From the NCBI RefSeq assembly GCF_964204865.1, contig NC_135259.1, positions 11,594,001 to 11,658,000 on the forward strand: a DNA stretch of 64,000 nt, given 5' to 3'. The notes beneath the pieces are model-generated. The model was not told where the DNA came from and did no database searches. It was given only the letters and a program-made list of their open reading frames with translations. How positions within the stretch are numbered: position 1 is the first letter of the stretch; each line of letters begins with the position of its first letter. Of this stretch, positions 22,201 to 35,100 are shown piece after piece. This DNA is from Styela clava (Eukaryota). The position numbers were made by a program, and so were the translations under genes.

Positions 22201-25200
22201 TCGAGATCCCCATATAAAATCTATCGTTGAAGTTAAAGCGACAGCGTTTTTGTCTGGGTCAATCACTGATATATGCACGGTGGATGACATATGAGAGTCC
22301 AAAATCTTTGCACCATAATATACAGGATCATGAAACGTTCTATCATCAAGAATTTTATTCCGAGCAGAACGCGAATAATCTCCTGATACAATTTGATTTT
22401 GAATATTCAATACAGTTTGATCATAATCGGGATCCCCCATGCTGTATTGGGCACCAAAAGCATGTCGGAAGGCTTCATCAGTACGATGACACTGCAATGC
22501 AGGGTTCCTTTTGTAATCATCCGGTTTCATGTTAAATAAATCCATAACAGAAAGGATTGAGCCCAACACTGGTCCACCTGAAGGCAACGGCGGCGCATGC
22601 ATTGTATATCCAGCGTTAGCAAGTTTCATCGTGATTGTAGGTTTTTCAAGCACTGAATAATCCTGAAATGAAATTTTTTTCTACATCCATCAAAAGCGAT
22701 TAAAGTAAATACTGCATAATACTACTGAATCTGCATGTGGTTTTCATCCAAATCAGGCATCGTTGCGTAATACCTCGCACCACTGTCTTTCATAATTTAT
22801 TAAAAAAAATGAACAAGACTTACCATACTTGGATATTCAATTAAGTTTATACTAAACACGAGAATAGATTTTTTAATTAATACAACAAATACTGACCTAC
22901 AGAAAAATTTAGTATAACTCACTGTTAAATCTTGCTTTGTCAGAATTCCCCCTTGACATTGAATTTCGTGAATCATATTATCAGCAATTTCACCATTGTA
23001 GAAAACATCTATGCCTTGTTTTTGTATCTTTTCTAGTGTATCAGCAAGTAGAGGATTTTTCACTGTATCTCCTTCTTGTTTAACCTAGAAATATATGATG
23101 AGTCATTTTTTATTACTTTATCAATTATTGTTCAAATTTATGTCGCTAAATCACAAAAGTAAGTTTATAAAAGTAATTTACTGATGTAAACACTATGCTA
23201 CAGAAATTATGGGAATAAATTTTTATTTGTAAAAAATGGATTAAATGTGCCACCTTACTCTAACACTACTAGTGGAAATTTAAACGTTCACTGCAATCTA
23301 TCTGATATGGAATAAGTTTTCATTCCATGTATCCAAACCAATGCAATAGTTGAAACATAGTAACTAGACATAAAATAGACCAAGGATTGTTTTTGTTATT
23401 TTTGTAGTAAAACCGCATTTTTCTTTATGAGATGAAGTAGGTATCTTATGCAACGTTTTTAATTTAGAAATTTCTTCTGTGGTACGAGCCGTACCACAGA
23501 TTTGAAAATAGTTGTATATACTATATTTGTAATGAAGGACAACATTTTAACATTCGCGGGCAGGAGTGCTAACAGTATAAGTTTGTTTCTCACAAGCGCA
23601 CCAGTCACCCTCTATAGTACCATCTGCTGTTTTATTGATGCTACTTACTCCAGTTTTATCTTCAGTACAATAAACATCACTAAATGTTGAATTCGGATCC
23701 TTTTTTATAACATTGTCGTAAAGATTTTCCAACATTATAGCCATTTGCTTACTAACTTTGAACCCATTTCTAGCTTTATCAATTGCAGGTTGGAATAACT
23801 CTCCCCAAGATAAATTTCCTCCGTATTTCTTAAATGCGTACCTGTAGTATAAATGAATTCTATCGCTTATCGTGATTAAATTATATAGGCCCTAATAAAA
23901 TTTTCTTCGACATCTCTGTTCAATGTAATAACAAAATGTTTTACAACATTCTTGATTTAAACATATGAAAGAATTACCAAATGTTTCGTTAAAGTTTGCA
24001 AATAGTATAGATATATAGACCACTGGAAAACTTCGACATTCGTCCACAAGTCAATCTCTAATTTTTATCGGATCTACCAAAAGCAATACTGAAATGCTAC
24101 GTGTTAAAAATCATAAATTAAAAATCAGGGAAGGATTAACAAAAACGGGGAGGATTAACAAGAAAAATTTATTCAGCTAAATAACTTACTCCAGGCCTTT
24201 GAGTTCCCCTGGTACCGCAATAAACTTTGCACCTCTGATATAATCTCCCATTTCCAAAAACATTTCACGAGTTGCACCCGCGGGTGCCTTTTCTCTGGCT
24301 ATGATGGATGTGGTTGATTTTGTTGACGAATTGTAGATAGTCATTATACATCCTCCACCTGAATGAGTGTTGATAATCAACTGTTCACAACCGCTAAATC
24401 AATTTTGCATTTCTTATTACCCGAATCTAACAGCACTCATGCACGTATTTAGTTCCCTTTGTATCAGTATTTACATCAGAATACCGGTGTACACGAAAAA
24501 ATGCAACGCACTTCCTTATGTTTTCTCTTACCGTGAATAATGAATTACTCTATTCCTCAAACAGTGCTTCCCAACCAGTGGCGTATCTGCATAAAATGGC
24601 GCCCATGGCAACGTTTGAAAATGCACCCCCTTGATCGTTGACTGACTATTTTTATTAACAGCTTTTGTTGGAATTACGTTATTATTTAAATACAAATTGC
24701 TGATATTTTTAATTCCGAATTATATTATTGGAACATTTTAAAACTAAAACTTTTCACCGTTTTTGCGCCCCTATCCAAACGGCGCCCATGGCGGGAGCCC
24801 TGGCTGCCATACCCTAGATATGCCACTGTTCCCAACCAGTGGATCGCGATGCATTTCCAACACTTTCCAAAATGGGTCGCGACGCACTTCCAAATGGTGT
24901 ATACATTTTACAATTAGATCGGAAAATCGTGACATCATCATTACTTGACAATAATCTCATGAAACAATTAACAGTTGGAATTATTCGTTGTGTCTCGTTA
25001 ATAATTTTAGTACGCCCCTACAAGTGTTGGAAAGTGTAGGTAGGCTACTAGGTTGATTGATAATTTGTTGGATCAGAGTAGACAATAGCAAATACGCCGG
25101 TTTATGTAGTTGTTAATCTTACGTCGAATGAGTTGCATTTTGAATACTGGGTAAACCAGAGGTAATATACTTTATTTAAATTTCATAATTTTGTTTGATT

Positions 25201-26677
25201 TTTGAAAGCCACAATTTTTTCAAAAACAAAAGGTAAGGGAGTAAAAGAAAAAAAACACAACGTTTATATTGTCAATGCTACGTTGTGTGTGAGCTTGTCT
25301 CCTATCAATCCTCGACTTGATCTGATAATATTCAATATGCGAGCTCACGTTTTGCATTAATATTAAATTGCACGTGGATTATATCTTTTCTCGTATATTA
25401 ACATTTCATTGTGGGTCGCACAAAAAATGGAAATAAAAGTGCGTCGCGAACTGAAAAAGGTTGTGAAGCACTAATCTAAAATATTCATTGAAATACTCTG
25501 GATGTAACCATACCTATTCCAGAATAATACGGTTCGACGACACCTTGGCACAAAATAACCGCTATTGCTGCATCAACTGCATTTCCGCCTGCTTTCAAAA
25601 TATCACGACCGACTTCTGAGCATTCAAGTTGACCTATATTAAAAAAGAATTACCGGTAAATGTTATACTAAGGACTTGATATACGCATTATCGCGTGGGC
25701 ATAAACAGCGGTTAAACGCAGGTGTGTATACACTTTTCCCCGATTCGGTTGCCAATGGGTGTTCCCACAACATTTGACCAGAAAAATCATTTATTTTTAT
25801 ACTTTATCATTGAAAATATCGGATGCTTATTCCTAGAGTGATTACGCGAGTTGGCATAAAAACTGGTTGCGTGTTTCAAACTATCATTTTTATTCACTTG
25901 TCACTTAAAATTCCTGGTAGAAAAGTTTAGCCTAGTCTATCACGCCATTTCTAGACTAATTTTTGATTACTGCAATAAAACTAAAGACTCATAGAAAAAC
26001 GAAATGATCATTGAGTTATTTAATCCTAGCCTAAATCTTGGAAACACAACCAAAACTGACAAATGGAATTCAATACGTGTACCACTAAAACGGGTAATGT
26101 TTACAATCATGCCTGAAAATCTGTCCAAATGATCAAAGGGTCTAATCGGCTTGTAAAATTCATGTTGCTAGGTCACGTTTTGCGTCTTTCTGATTAGCCA
26201 TTATTACGGAAGTAAAAAAGGAAGTAGATGCTCGGGTAAACATCCAGTCTTCTTCTTTCCCCTAAGGCGGGTTGAATGTTTAAATTATCTACCTTCTATA
26301 TACACGTTGAGGAACAACGGGAGGATAAAATCGATGGTACGCTATGCTGTATTAGCACAACAATACTTATAAGAGTTATTGCGTTCTTGATATATATTGG
26401 TCTAGTCTGCACACAAAATCTAGAAAATTTAAATATTTTACTGCCTCTTCAAATGAATAGACAAAACAGTTGTAGGCCTACATACTATGTGGAAACATGA
26501 TGAGCGAACATGTTTACAATTGTAATAGATTCAAAATAAGTTGAATATAAGGATTAACTAATCTGAATTATGAATGCATTATTAGATGTTTTACAATCAA
26601 GAACTTTATGAATATCAAATGTAAACTAACATACCGGAAGCGACGGCAGCTTGATGGTATATGCCTGTTTGATTCAT
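19282..26677 (-). CDS. Gamma-glutamyltranspeptidase / glutathione hydrolase paralogue A, exons 26635-26677, 25514-25633, 24190-24358, 23649-23841, 22923-23084, 22140-22662, 21827-22004, 21367-21511, 19282-19389 (546 aa from MNQTGIY)
   Basis: GGNAVDAAIA, SGIGGG, AREKAP, IAVPGELKG, PPLPSGG, catalytic Thr in SS-TVHISV, NNEMADFS, KRPLSCM, GGSGG. Exon sizes are identical to the other two paralogues. The 5' end is uncertain. Confidence 0.93.
19831..21023 (+). mobile_element. Internally deleted hAT transposon (Charlie/SPIN/GTF2IRD2-like) in the last intron of GGT-A
   Basis: TIRs CAGGGGTCACCAACC / GGTTGGTGACCCTG and perfect TSD CTCTAAAG. Decayed transposase fragments include an N-terminal VCLIC...KRHFTSCH zinc finger and a C-terminal FGTSHLNESTF...LRVALSSY dimerisation motif. 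Confidence 0.85.
24562..25473. mobile_element. hAT (Charlie-like) MITE, TIR CAGTGCTTCCCAACC, interrupted by a younger element
   Basis: Left end cagtgcttcccaac[insert]cagtggatcgcg; right end cgtcgcgaactgaaaaaggttgtgaagcact. The TSD is not preserved. Confidence 0.65.
24576..24828. mobile_element. hAT-type MITE (TIR CAGTGGCGTATCT) with TSD TTCCCAAC
   Basis: TIRs cagtggcgtatct / agatatgccactg; perfect 8-bp duplication at 24568-24575 and 24829-24836. Confidence 0.88.
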
Positions 26678-29020
26678 CTTCTTCGTTAGGTGCTATAGCC
26701 TATATATAATATTATGATTAGACGTTGTGTTGTAAAGGCAGACGGGAGCGGTCCAATCCTTAATCCTTGATCTCTATTGCACCCTCTTTCTGAGAATGCC
26801 TGATCTCCACTCCTATCAACGAATGCAAAGATACCAAAATTCACCAGCACACAATTGATTTTTTATTACCAATTTGAACGCCACGATTCTCCAGTATCTT
26901 ACGGATAAATACTGTTACTTTCTGCCTCGACACTCCCCTCTTATCTTTTTTTATACAAACCGTGACGTGCTTATATATAATAAATTGGGTCACTGAGTTA
27001 ATGTACTATCAAGCACGGCTGGAGATCCAACCTTGATTGTACGGTCAAAACAACATGTTTTGTCCTCGGGCTGTGGCCTGAGACACGAATGCCGCACCAT
27101 AACTACGAATTGTTATCACCAACTCGTTTTGTCCTAGTTCAAATTATCTGAGTTAAACCCGATCCAATCCAATGCGTGAGCCAATTTTATATGGTCTGTG
27201 GGAGCTAATAGACAATAATTGAAGGTTCAACTTATTCGATAAAAGATTTTATGTCCTGAAACTCGTTCTGGGATGTCTTCTCTGTATACACTGCTGATTT
27301 CCTTCAGAGTAGACGTAAAGTTATATCTCGAAATTCTCAATTCATACCAACGTATTATTGTCTAGGATGCAAATACGTGCAATGCATTTCCTTTAAAGTA
27401 TGCTTGATCAATGTTTCAACACTTCGTCAGCAGAAATGCACTGAGATAAGAAACAAGTAACTTATGCAGATATATATGTTATGTATTTGTGGGCTACAGA
27501 TAATACGAATACACAGACAACTACAATGTTTATGAATGTTTCTTCTGCTTTTGTCAGAATTTCAGACCATACTCAAATTTGTTCCACTTTCACTCTAGTT
27601 AAATTTTTTACGAGGTTCAATGTGAATTTGTTTGTTAAATGATAATTATCCCTTTGTTGGCAAAAGAAATATTTTAAACTAAATTTGTGTGATTGACTGT
27701 TAGAATGATGAAGAGTATTAGTTTATAAATATATTCCACTAAGCGTGGAATTTCATTGACTAAATTTTTGTAGTTAAGTGCAGTGAAACTTTCAATCTCA
27801 AACTCGAACGACGTAAGAAATTTGTCTTAATAAAAAATTATCTATATTCGCTAATCGGTTGCTGTTTCCTCTACCATACAAGCTGTACACCACTTAAAAC
27901 TAAATGGAAGTTATCCTTATAGTAAATATTTTCACATATTTTTTTTAATTTAGAAAAAAACTTGATTTGCCGCATGATTATATTGCAGCAACTTTGAAAG
28001 TCACCATTCATATACCAAAAAAACATTCTTGAAGTTTCCTAGCGCTGATAGTTCCAATTTGCCGAAATATTTTGTCCTCGAAGCATCAAGGAAACATATA
28101 TGACCCCAGGACCAGATTATGCCTTTTAGAGGCCCTAGGCACCTTTGGTGCCCTATATTAAAAAAAAAGTAACAATAATGAAGGATTGGTTATAAGAAAG
28201 TTTCATTATTTATTACACTAATTCAGGGACAAGTTACGATTATTTTTGCATTATTCATTATTGGGAAACATTACTGCTCCGCCAGCCTCGCTGATTTTTC
28301 TATTTTCTTTCCCTCGTCTACTTGTAATTGCCCTTTGCTGATAATATATATTTTTTTCCCTTGACTGCTTGAGGTCATCGCAATTTTTTTTACCATTCTC
28401 ATTCCCACCTTAGTTGTGTGCTTGTTTCGTTGCTGATTTCACTTCACAACTTGCTTGATTTTGTTGTCTTTTATTGCGCAGATTGGGTTACTTGCTGCTT
28501 TAATACTTGAAACTGCTTGCAGCTTGGTTACAGGCTGATTTTTTTGTACTTATGTACTATTTTATTTATTTGGTTATTGGCTGTTTTTCTCATATCCATC
28601 CATGGGACCTCGATGTTTTTCATTCTCATTCTCTTTACTGTTTGCGGATTTAGGTTGGTACTTGCTGTTTTTTTTTTTTTACCCTGAGTCAGTATACGTC
28701 GTTTTTCTCTTTCTCCATTGGGCCTTGTTTATTTCCATTTTCACAACCAGTCTTTTCTGATTGCTTACTGCTGCTGCTTTGTCTCTTAATTTTTCTTGAC
28801 TGGTCTCCTTGGCCCCGCCGCTGGCCTCGCTGGTTGATATTTTCGCTCACTCCCCCATGTTTATTCTTCTTGACTGGTGTGCTTCTGACAACGCTACTCC
28901 CGCAACCACTTTTATTGTCTGCTGGTCCTTCCCTATACAACTTGGTCTACCCTATTTGGTTTGAACTCACCCTCATACCTGACCTGATGTTTGCTCATGT
29001 CTCTACGCTTCCCCTGCGCC

Positions 29021-30163
29021 CAGTGGCGTGCCTAGAGGGGGGCGAAAGGGGCAGCCTCCCGGGCAGCACGTTGTAGGGGGCAGCAAAACCAAGCTGTAGA
29101 GTAGGCGTTATTATACATTTTTTTCTCGATGTGTTTTTATTAAATTAAAAGCCCATGTTATGTGTTTAGTGATGTGTGACTGACTGGAGAGTCCACTATG
29201 GATGCGTTCTCGGTCATTAGCCCTATCACAGGTATTTTTGTACTAATTTTCTGATTACTGCAATTAAAATATATGATAAGACAGTATAATCATTGGGTTC
29301 CATTATCTTTGCACCACGTACATTTGCACCCAGGTACAATTGCATTTTCATACTTTTGTACCCACGGACATTTGCACCCGCAGATTTTGGCACCCACATA
29401 CAGACTGCACCCATGAACATTTAAACCCATGAATATTTGGACCCATGGACATTTGCATCAACGTAGCCCACATTTGCACCCGTAAACATTTACACCCATT
29501 GATACCATCTTCTTTGAAGTAAAAGAGATTCTATTGCCATTTGTGCCGAAATAAAGACATCCTAATGTTATGCTTTCTAATCAAAACTACCCGCAAACCC
29601 GAACGTAGCCTACATGGGTGCAAATGTACATGGGTACAAACGTCCACTGGTGCAAATGTCCGTGGGTGCCAATATCCGCGTGTGCAATCTATATACAGGT
29701 AGTAAAATCTATGGGTGCAAATGTCGGTGGTTGCAAAGGTATGCAAGTGCAAATGTCCTGGGTACAGGTAACGGGTGCAAATGTGCTGTCGCCCAATCAT
29801 TGACTTATTTGATTTTTTCTGAAATTTTCAAAACACAACCAAAAACTAATAAATAGCATGTGAAAACAAGGCAATGGTAAAACCATGTCAGAAAATCTGC
29901 TTGTGCGACTGCTAAAACATCTAAGTAGCAATCGGACATATAAATTAGTGGCTTGCTTTTTTGATATATGAGTTTGATCTCATACATGTGAGTTTGTTGC
30001 TCAGTTTGAATATTTATTCAATAAAACAAACGTTTATATCTTACTTGACTTTTAATTGCTTTAATTTATCTGTTTATCCCCCGAATTATTTTTGAAGTTA
30101 GGTATAAGAGGCAGCATTATCAGAAACACGCCCCGGGCAGCAGAAAAGTTTGGCACGCTCCTG
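29021..30163. mobile_element. hAT-type element (TIR CAGTGGCGTGCC) with TSD CCTGCGCC, containing nested repeats
   Basis: TIRs cagtggcgtgcc / ggcacgctcctg; TSD at 29013-29020 and 30164-30171. Confidence 0.8.
29296..29793. repeat. Foldback-type array of ~15-16-bp CATTTGCACCC units in inverted arms
   Basis: Direct catttgcaccc units at ~29310-29500 and reverse gggtgcaaatg units at ~29615-29785. Confidence 0.8.
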
Positions 30164-32176
30164 CCTGCGCCACTGCAACTGATGAGAACCGAGTGGACCA
30201 GAATCTTACTCAATTAACAACGTCACGCTTGGTAGCCCACGACGAGGCTAATGACCCCGAGAAAATTATATTAAACATACTGCGTTGAGTCAAAACGGGG
30301 TTATTCATGCCTCAGTGGAAGCCGTTCATCCTAAATTATTTTGTTTAAAGAAGTGAATATTCAAACCAAATTTCTGAGCAGAGGAATACTAAGAGTGGAA
30401 AACATCAATTTGATCTTTTTAATCTCTTGTGCTAACTGACCGTCATATCTCTGATTTACTGTTTCTGACATATTGAAACGATATCATACACACTGAAAAT
30501 ACCATAAAAAACATAAATTTGGCTTTACTGTTTATACATTTATAGATCATCGCAAGGGAAAATGTTGAAATTGGCGCGGCGTTCTGCTCTTTTACATATT
30601 GAAATTGAAACGATATCATAAACACTGAAAATAAAACACGAATGTTGACATAGTTAAAATTTGTTTGCATAATTATTTATTCCATACAATCCTAAGATTA
30701 ACAATAGATCAATTCTAGTATTTGGACAAATATCGCGTCTACATGCTTTTGCTGAGCATACGGTATAAGACTACTATTGATTTAAACATTTTGAATTTCC
30801 ATAATACAGCAACGGATAAATCCATTGCCTTTATGGGCGTGATGTCTATGCCGAGCGCAGTTTATAAACATTGATCGAGAAGTTTTAAAGGTATTGCGAC
30901 ACATCAGATTCAGCAGCATTTGAATAAAATTAGAAATACACTGATAATAAATATTGTCCCAGAGGTTGCTATAAACTATAAAGTGAACGCAATTTACTGT
31001 ATTTGATACTTTCAAATTCTTTTCGGCGTGCTTTTCATCAACGTTGCTTGATAAAGTTATAAAATTTCTGTGTTTTAGGTTTGAACGATGAAATACCATT
31101 TTTATCATAGTCAAGCCAGCTGCAACCCTGTTCGCAGAATGTTTTATGTTCATTCTCCATATTTAAACTGGGTAATGCCATGAATCACAAATAAGCTCGG
31201 GGTGTTGTAGTTTGTTAGACGATCTTATTTGAATCAATGAAATACGGAGAAGAGCAGCTGTTATAATCGATCAAAATGGATATGAGAAGTTAAATAAGAA
31301 AATGAAATGTAAAAAATTACAAATACACTTTGAATTGAAGAATTTATATTGGAATTTTAAATTGCATAATTTTTTTTTTATTTATCAAATTTATTGCTGT
31401 TTATAAGTAGTATCATCTCATATAATAAGCGGTGAAGCCGATCATATTCAACGAATGTCACTGTCCTATAAAAATGTTAAATCATTGGGAAAAGCATCTG
31501 AACTGCATTAAACAAAAAAAGTTCAAACATGGCGTTAAGCTTATTTCTATTGTCATTTCGGAATAATTACATCATGTTTACCCTGGTCGAACTATTACTA
31601 CATCTTGCTGATTGCATTGATTTATTGACCTGTGATTAGTGGTGATTTACTTTTGTTGCAGAATGTTTACGTTTAAACGTTAGCATTGCTCGTTAGGTCA
31701 GAAGCAAAATATTTGTTAATTGATAGATTACTGCCCTCAATTTCCTTTAATTTTTAATTGTTTTAGACTTTAGAAATATTTATTACCAACGGAAAAACTG
31801 GAAATCGTTAAGCGATTTATATATGAAAGATAGTATATGTTTTGTTTTATCAGAAAGTCACGACTAAAAGTTTCATTTCTGGAAAAGCTTGTTCTGAAGT
31901 TTTGCGGCCGTGTTTTTGAGTTGTTCTATGAGACGATGACTCTATGAGTATGATATAAATTATGTGAAATGCTTCACATGTCAAATTTGCATAAATATTG
32001 ATAAAAAGGTTCCAGTTCCAAGCTATTGAACATAAGGTTCAGAAAGATGTTATAGGAAGAAGCCGACGTATTACTACGTATGCCACATAAAACAAGTCGA
32101 TATTCAAGAATATTCTGTAAGTACTGTTATTGTAAAATCGTTGTAAATCTATTTGAAAATCATGTTGACAATTCGT

Positions 32177-35100
32177 CTACCAACCGCTAGATCCAGCCCC
32201 TCTGTCACGCAAGTCAGAAAATGCGTAGATAGTAGAGGAGTCGACTTTAATTGCATTCACACGACTAAGTTTAAGTGTTTCCTCCTGTAGAATACAATTG
32301 TATGATTAGTTTGGATTGAAACAGCAATCAACTATATTGGTATATCAACATTGCACACCTAAATCCAAACTAATCGAAAAACGTTTTAGCCATTTTATGT
32401 CACTTTTAAAAATTGTATTAAAATTTTAAAATTAAAAAGTGCGCCCTGGAATATATATATAACTTTTTTATCACAATGAATTGGCAATCCCATACCATAT
32501 ACAACGGGTAGTATTCACGGTGTGGCACCCAGAACATTCGCACCTGTATACTTTTGCACCCACAGACACTTCACGCATACATTTTCACCCATAGATTTTA
32601 TCATCTGCATATAAATTGCAACCGCAGACATTTGCACTCATGGACATTTGCATCCACGAACATTTGCACCCATGGACGTTTGAGCCCATTTGCACTCAGG
32701 GACATTTGCACCCAAGAACATTTACAACCATGGACATTTGACCCGCGTACATTTGTACCGACAGACATTTGCATACACGTACATATGCACCTAGCGAGCG
32801 GGTGCAAATGTATATGGGCGCGAAAGTAATGAAACCACAAATTTCACTTAGCACACTTGTACATGCTTATCTTTGCAGCCACGGAAATTTGCCCCCGTGG
32901 ACAATTACACTCATACATTTGCACTCTCCAAACTTTAGCATACCCATACAGATTGCACTCTTGAACAGTTGTGCCTATGGACATTTACACCCACGTACAT
33001 TTCGGCCACAGACATTTGCACCCATGGACATATAGACCCACGTATATTTGCGAATGTACAAAAGTATGCAGGCAAAAATGTCCTAGGTGCTGCAGTTGTG
33101 CAAATGTGCGGTTACCTTTTGGTTCATACGTGACAATTTAATGGAAACACCAATATAATATTGTGTCCTCGGTTTTAAAAACTTACAACTTTGTGTCCCA
33201 TCTTTTTCAAGTTTTGAATAATTCCGCTATTAAAACCAGGTTCATAATGAAGAGCATCCGGTATCAAAGAATCATAAAATCGTTTGTCTTTGATTGCATC
33301 GCCAAGATCATTTATACCGAAATACAAGGATCTAAAAAGTATCAAGTTGTGTGTAAGTGTAAATGTTCACCTATATGTTCACCCATATGAATCACCTCAT
33401 CAAGCTTTATTGGGATATAAAATATATCAGCCGTGAAGTCAAGTATAAGGACTAAAATTTTTGAGTCGTAAGTAATTTAATATTATAATTGACTGAATTC
33501 CCAAAAAAGGTAACATCCTTATTAGGGAAAAAACGAGATAGAAAAAGCCAAACGGCAATTTAACGTCATTTTAGATTGGCAACGAATTTTTTTTATGCGG
33601 CATTTGGAAGATATTCATCAACATTGGTAAAAACTCAGCCTTACATTATTCAATCGAATAAACCACCTACTTAAGCATAACCGTTGCCATTGCTGCTGGA
33701 ATTCGCAAACCTCCCGAACTTCCAATAATAAAAGCAGGATCATTATTGCTATCCAAAAATATAGAAGGCGCCATACAAGATAATGGACGTTTACCTCCAT
33801 CTATTTGGTTTGACGTGGACAAGTGATAATCATGCTTCATGTCGCCGTCTGGATAAATGTACAGAAAATAATTACAGCAGCAAATTCAATTCTCCATACA
33901 TGTCAGTGAAAATTAATATTTAAACAAATATGACATGGCATGATATGTTATGAAAGTCATAAAAATTCATATGAAAATAATAAAATACATACTTGGGTAT
34001 GAAAAATCTGTCATTTCGTTATTAAATACGATTCCTGTAGAAGCCGACATTACTTGACATCCCCATATATAACCGATCGTTGATGTCAAAGCTACTCCGT
34101 TTTTGTTTGGGTCAATCACAGATATATGTACGGTGGATGACATTCCGGAGTCCAAAACGATTGCGCCATAATATGCCGGATCATGAAATGTTTTGTCGTC
34201 AACAATTTTATTCCGAACAGAACGTGAAAAATTTCCTGACACGATTTCATTTTGTATATTCAGTACAGTTTGATCATAATCGGGATCACCCATGCTGTAC
34301 CGGGCACCATATGCATGTCGAAAGGCCTCGACAGTACGATGACACTGCAATGCGGGATTTCCTTTATAATCGTCTGGTGTAATGTCAAATGAATCCATAA
34401 CAGAAAGGATTGAACCCAACACTGGTCCGGCTGAAGGCAGCGGAGGCACATGCATTGTATAACCAGCGTTAGCAAGATTCATCGTGATTGTAGGTTTTTC
34501 AAGCACTGAATAATCCTTATTAAAATTTCGTTAAATGTCAATATCGAAAACGATGAAAGTAATTATACCTCAATTGAAAGAAGATGAGTCTTGTATTAAC
34601 GAAGTCTGGACCGCGGAACCGTCACACGATATGCCATTTTTCAATTTTGACGACGTCATCACACATAACTTTAAAGTGAAAAACGAATCCCATAGAGCCC
34701 ACAGAAACTCTAGTAATAAATAAAAACCTTCTAACCGACAACAACCACTACCACTGAAAATATCAAAACAACTGGTCCAATAGATAAAGATTTCTTTACA
34801 ACACCAAGAATAAGAATATATATAACGAATTCTAATAACAACAAGAATTTACAAAACGATGCGCAAATCCACCTAGTGTCTAATATAACCACTGACACAA
34901 AGCGAACTTTATTTTAACTCACTATTAAATCTTGCTTCGTCATAATTCCACCTCGACATTGAATTTCATGAATGATATTATCAGCAATTTCGCCATTGTA
35001 GAAAACATCCACGCCTTGTTTTTGAATCTTTTCTAGTGTATCAGCAAGTAGAGGGTTTTTCACTATATCTCCTTCTTGTTTAACCTGGAAAGATGCGACA

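Noticed and set aside
29296-33116. CRISPR-like array, or Cys/His-rich ORFs at 29226-29856 and 32554-33035
   Set aside because: Degenerate tandem units without unique spacers in a eukaryote; the ORFs are translations of foldback repeats.
22923-35084. Exactly 12,000-bp offset between one exon of GGT-A and GGT-B, suggesting an assembly artefact
   Set aside because: Other exon offsets differ and the introns are diverged; coincidence.
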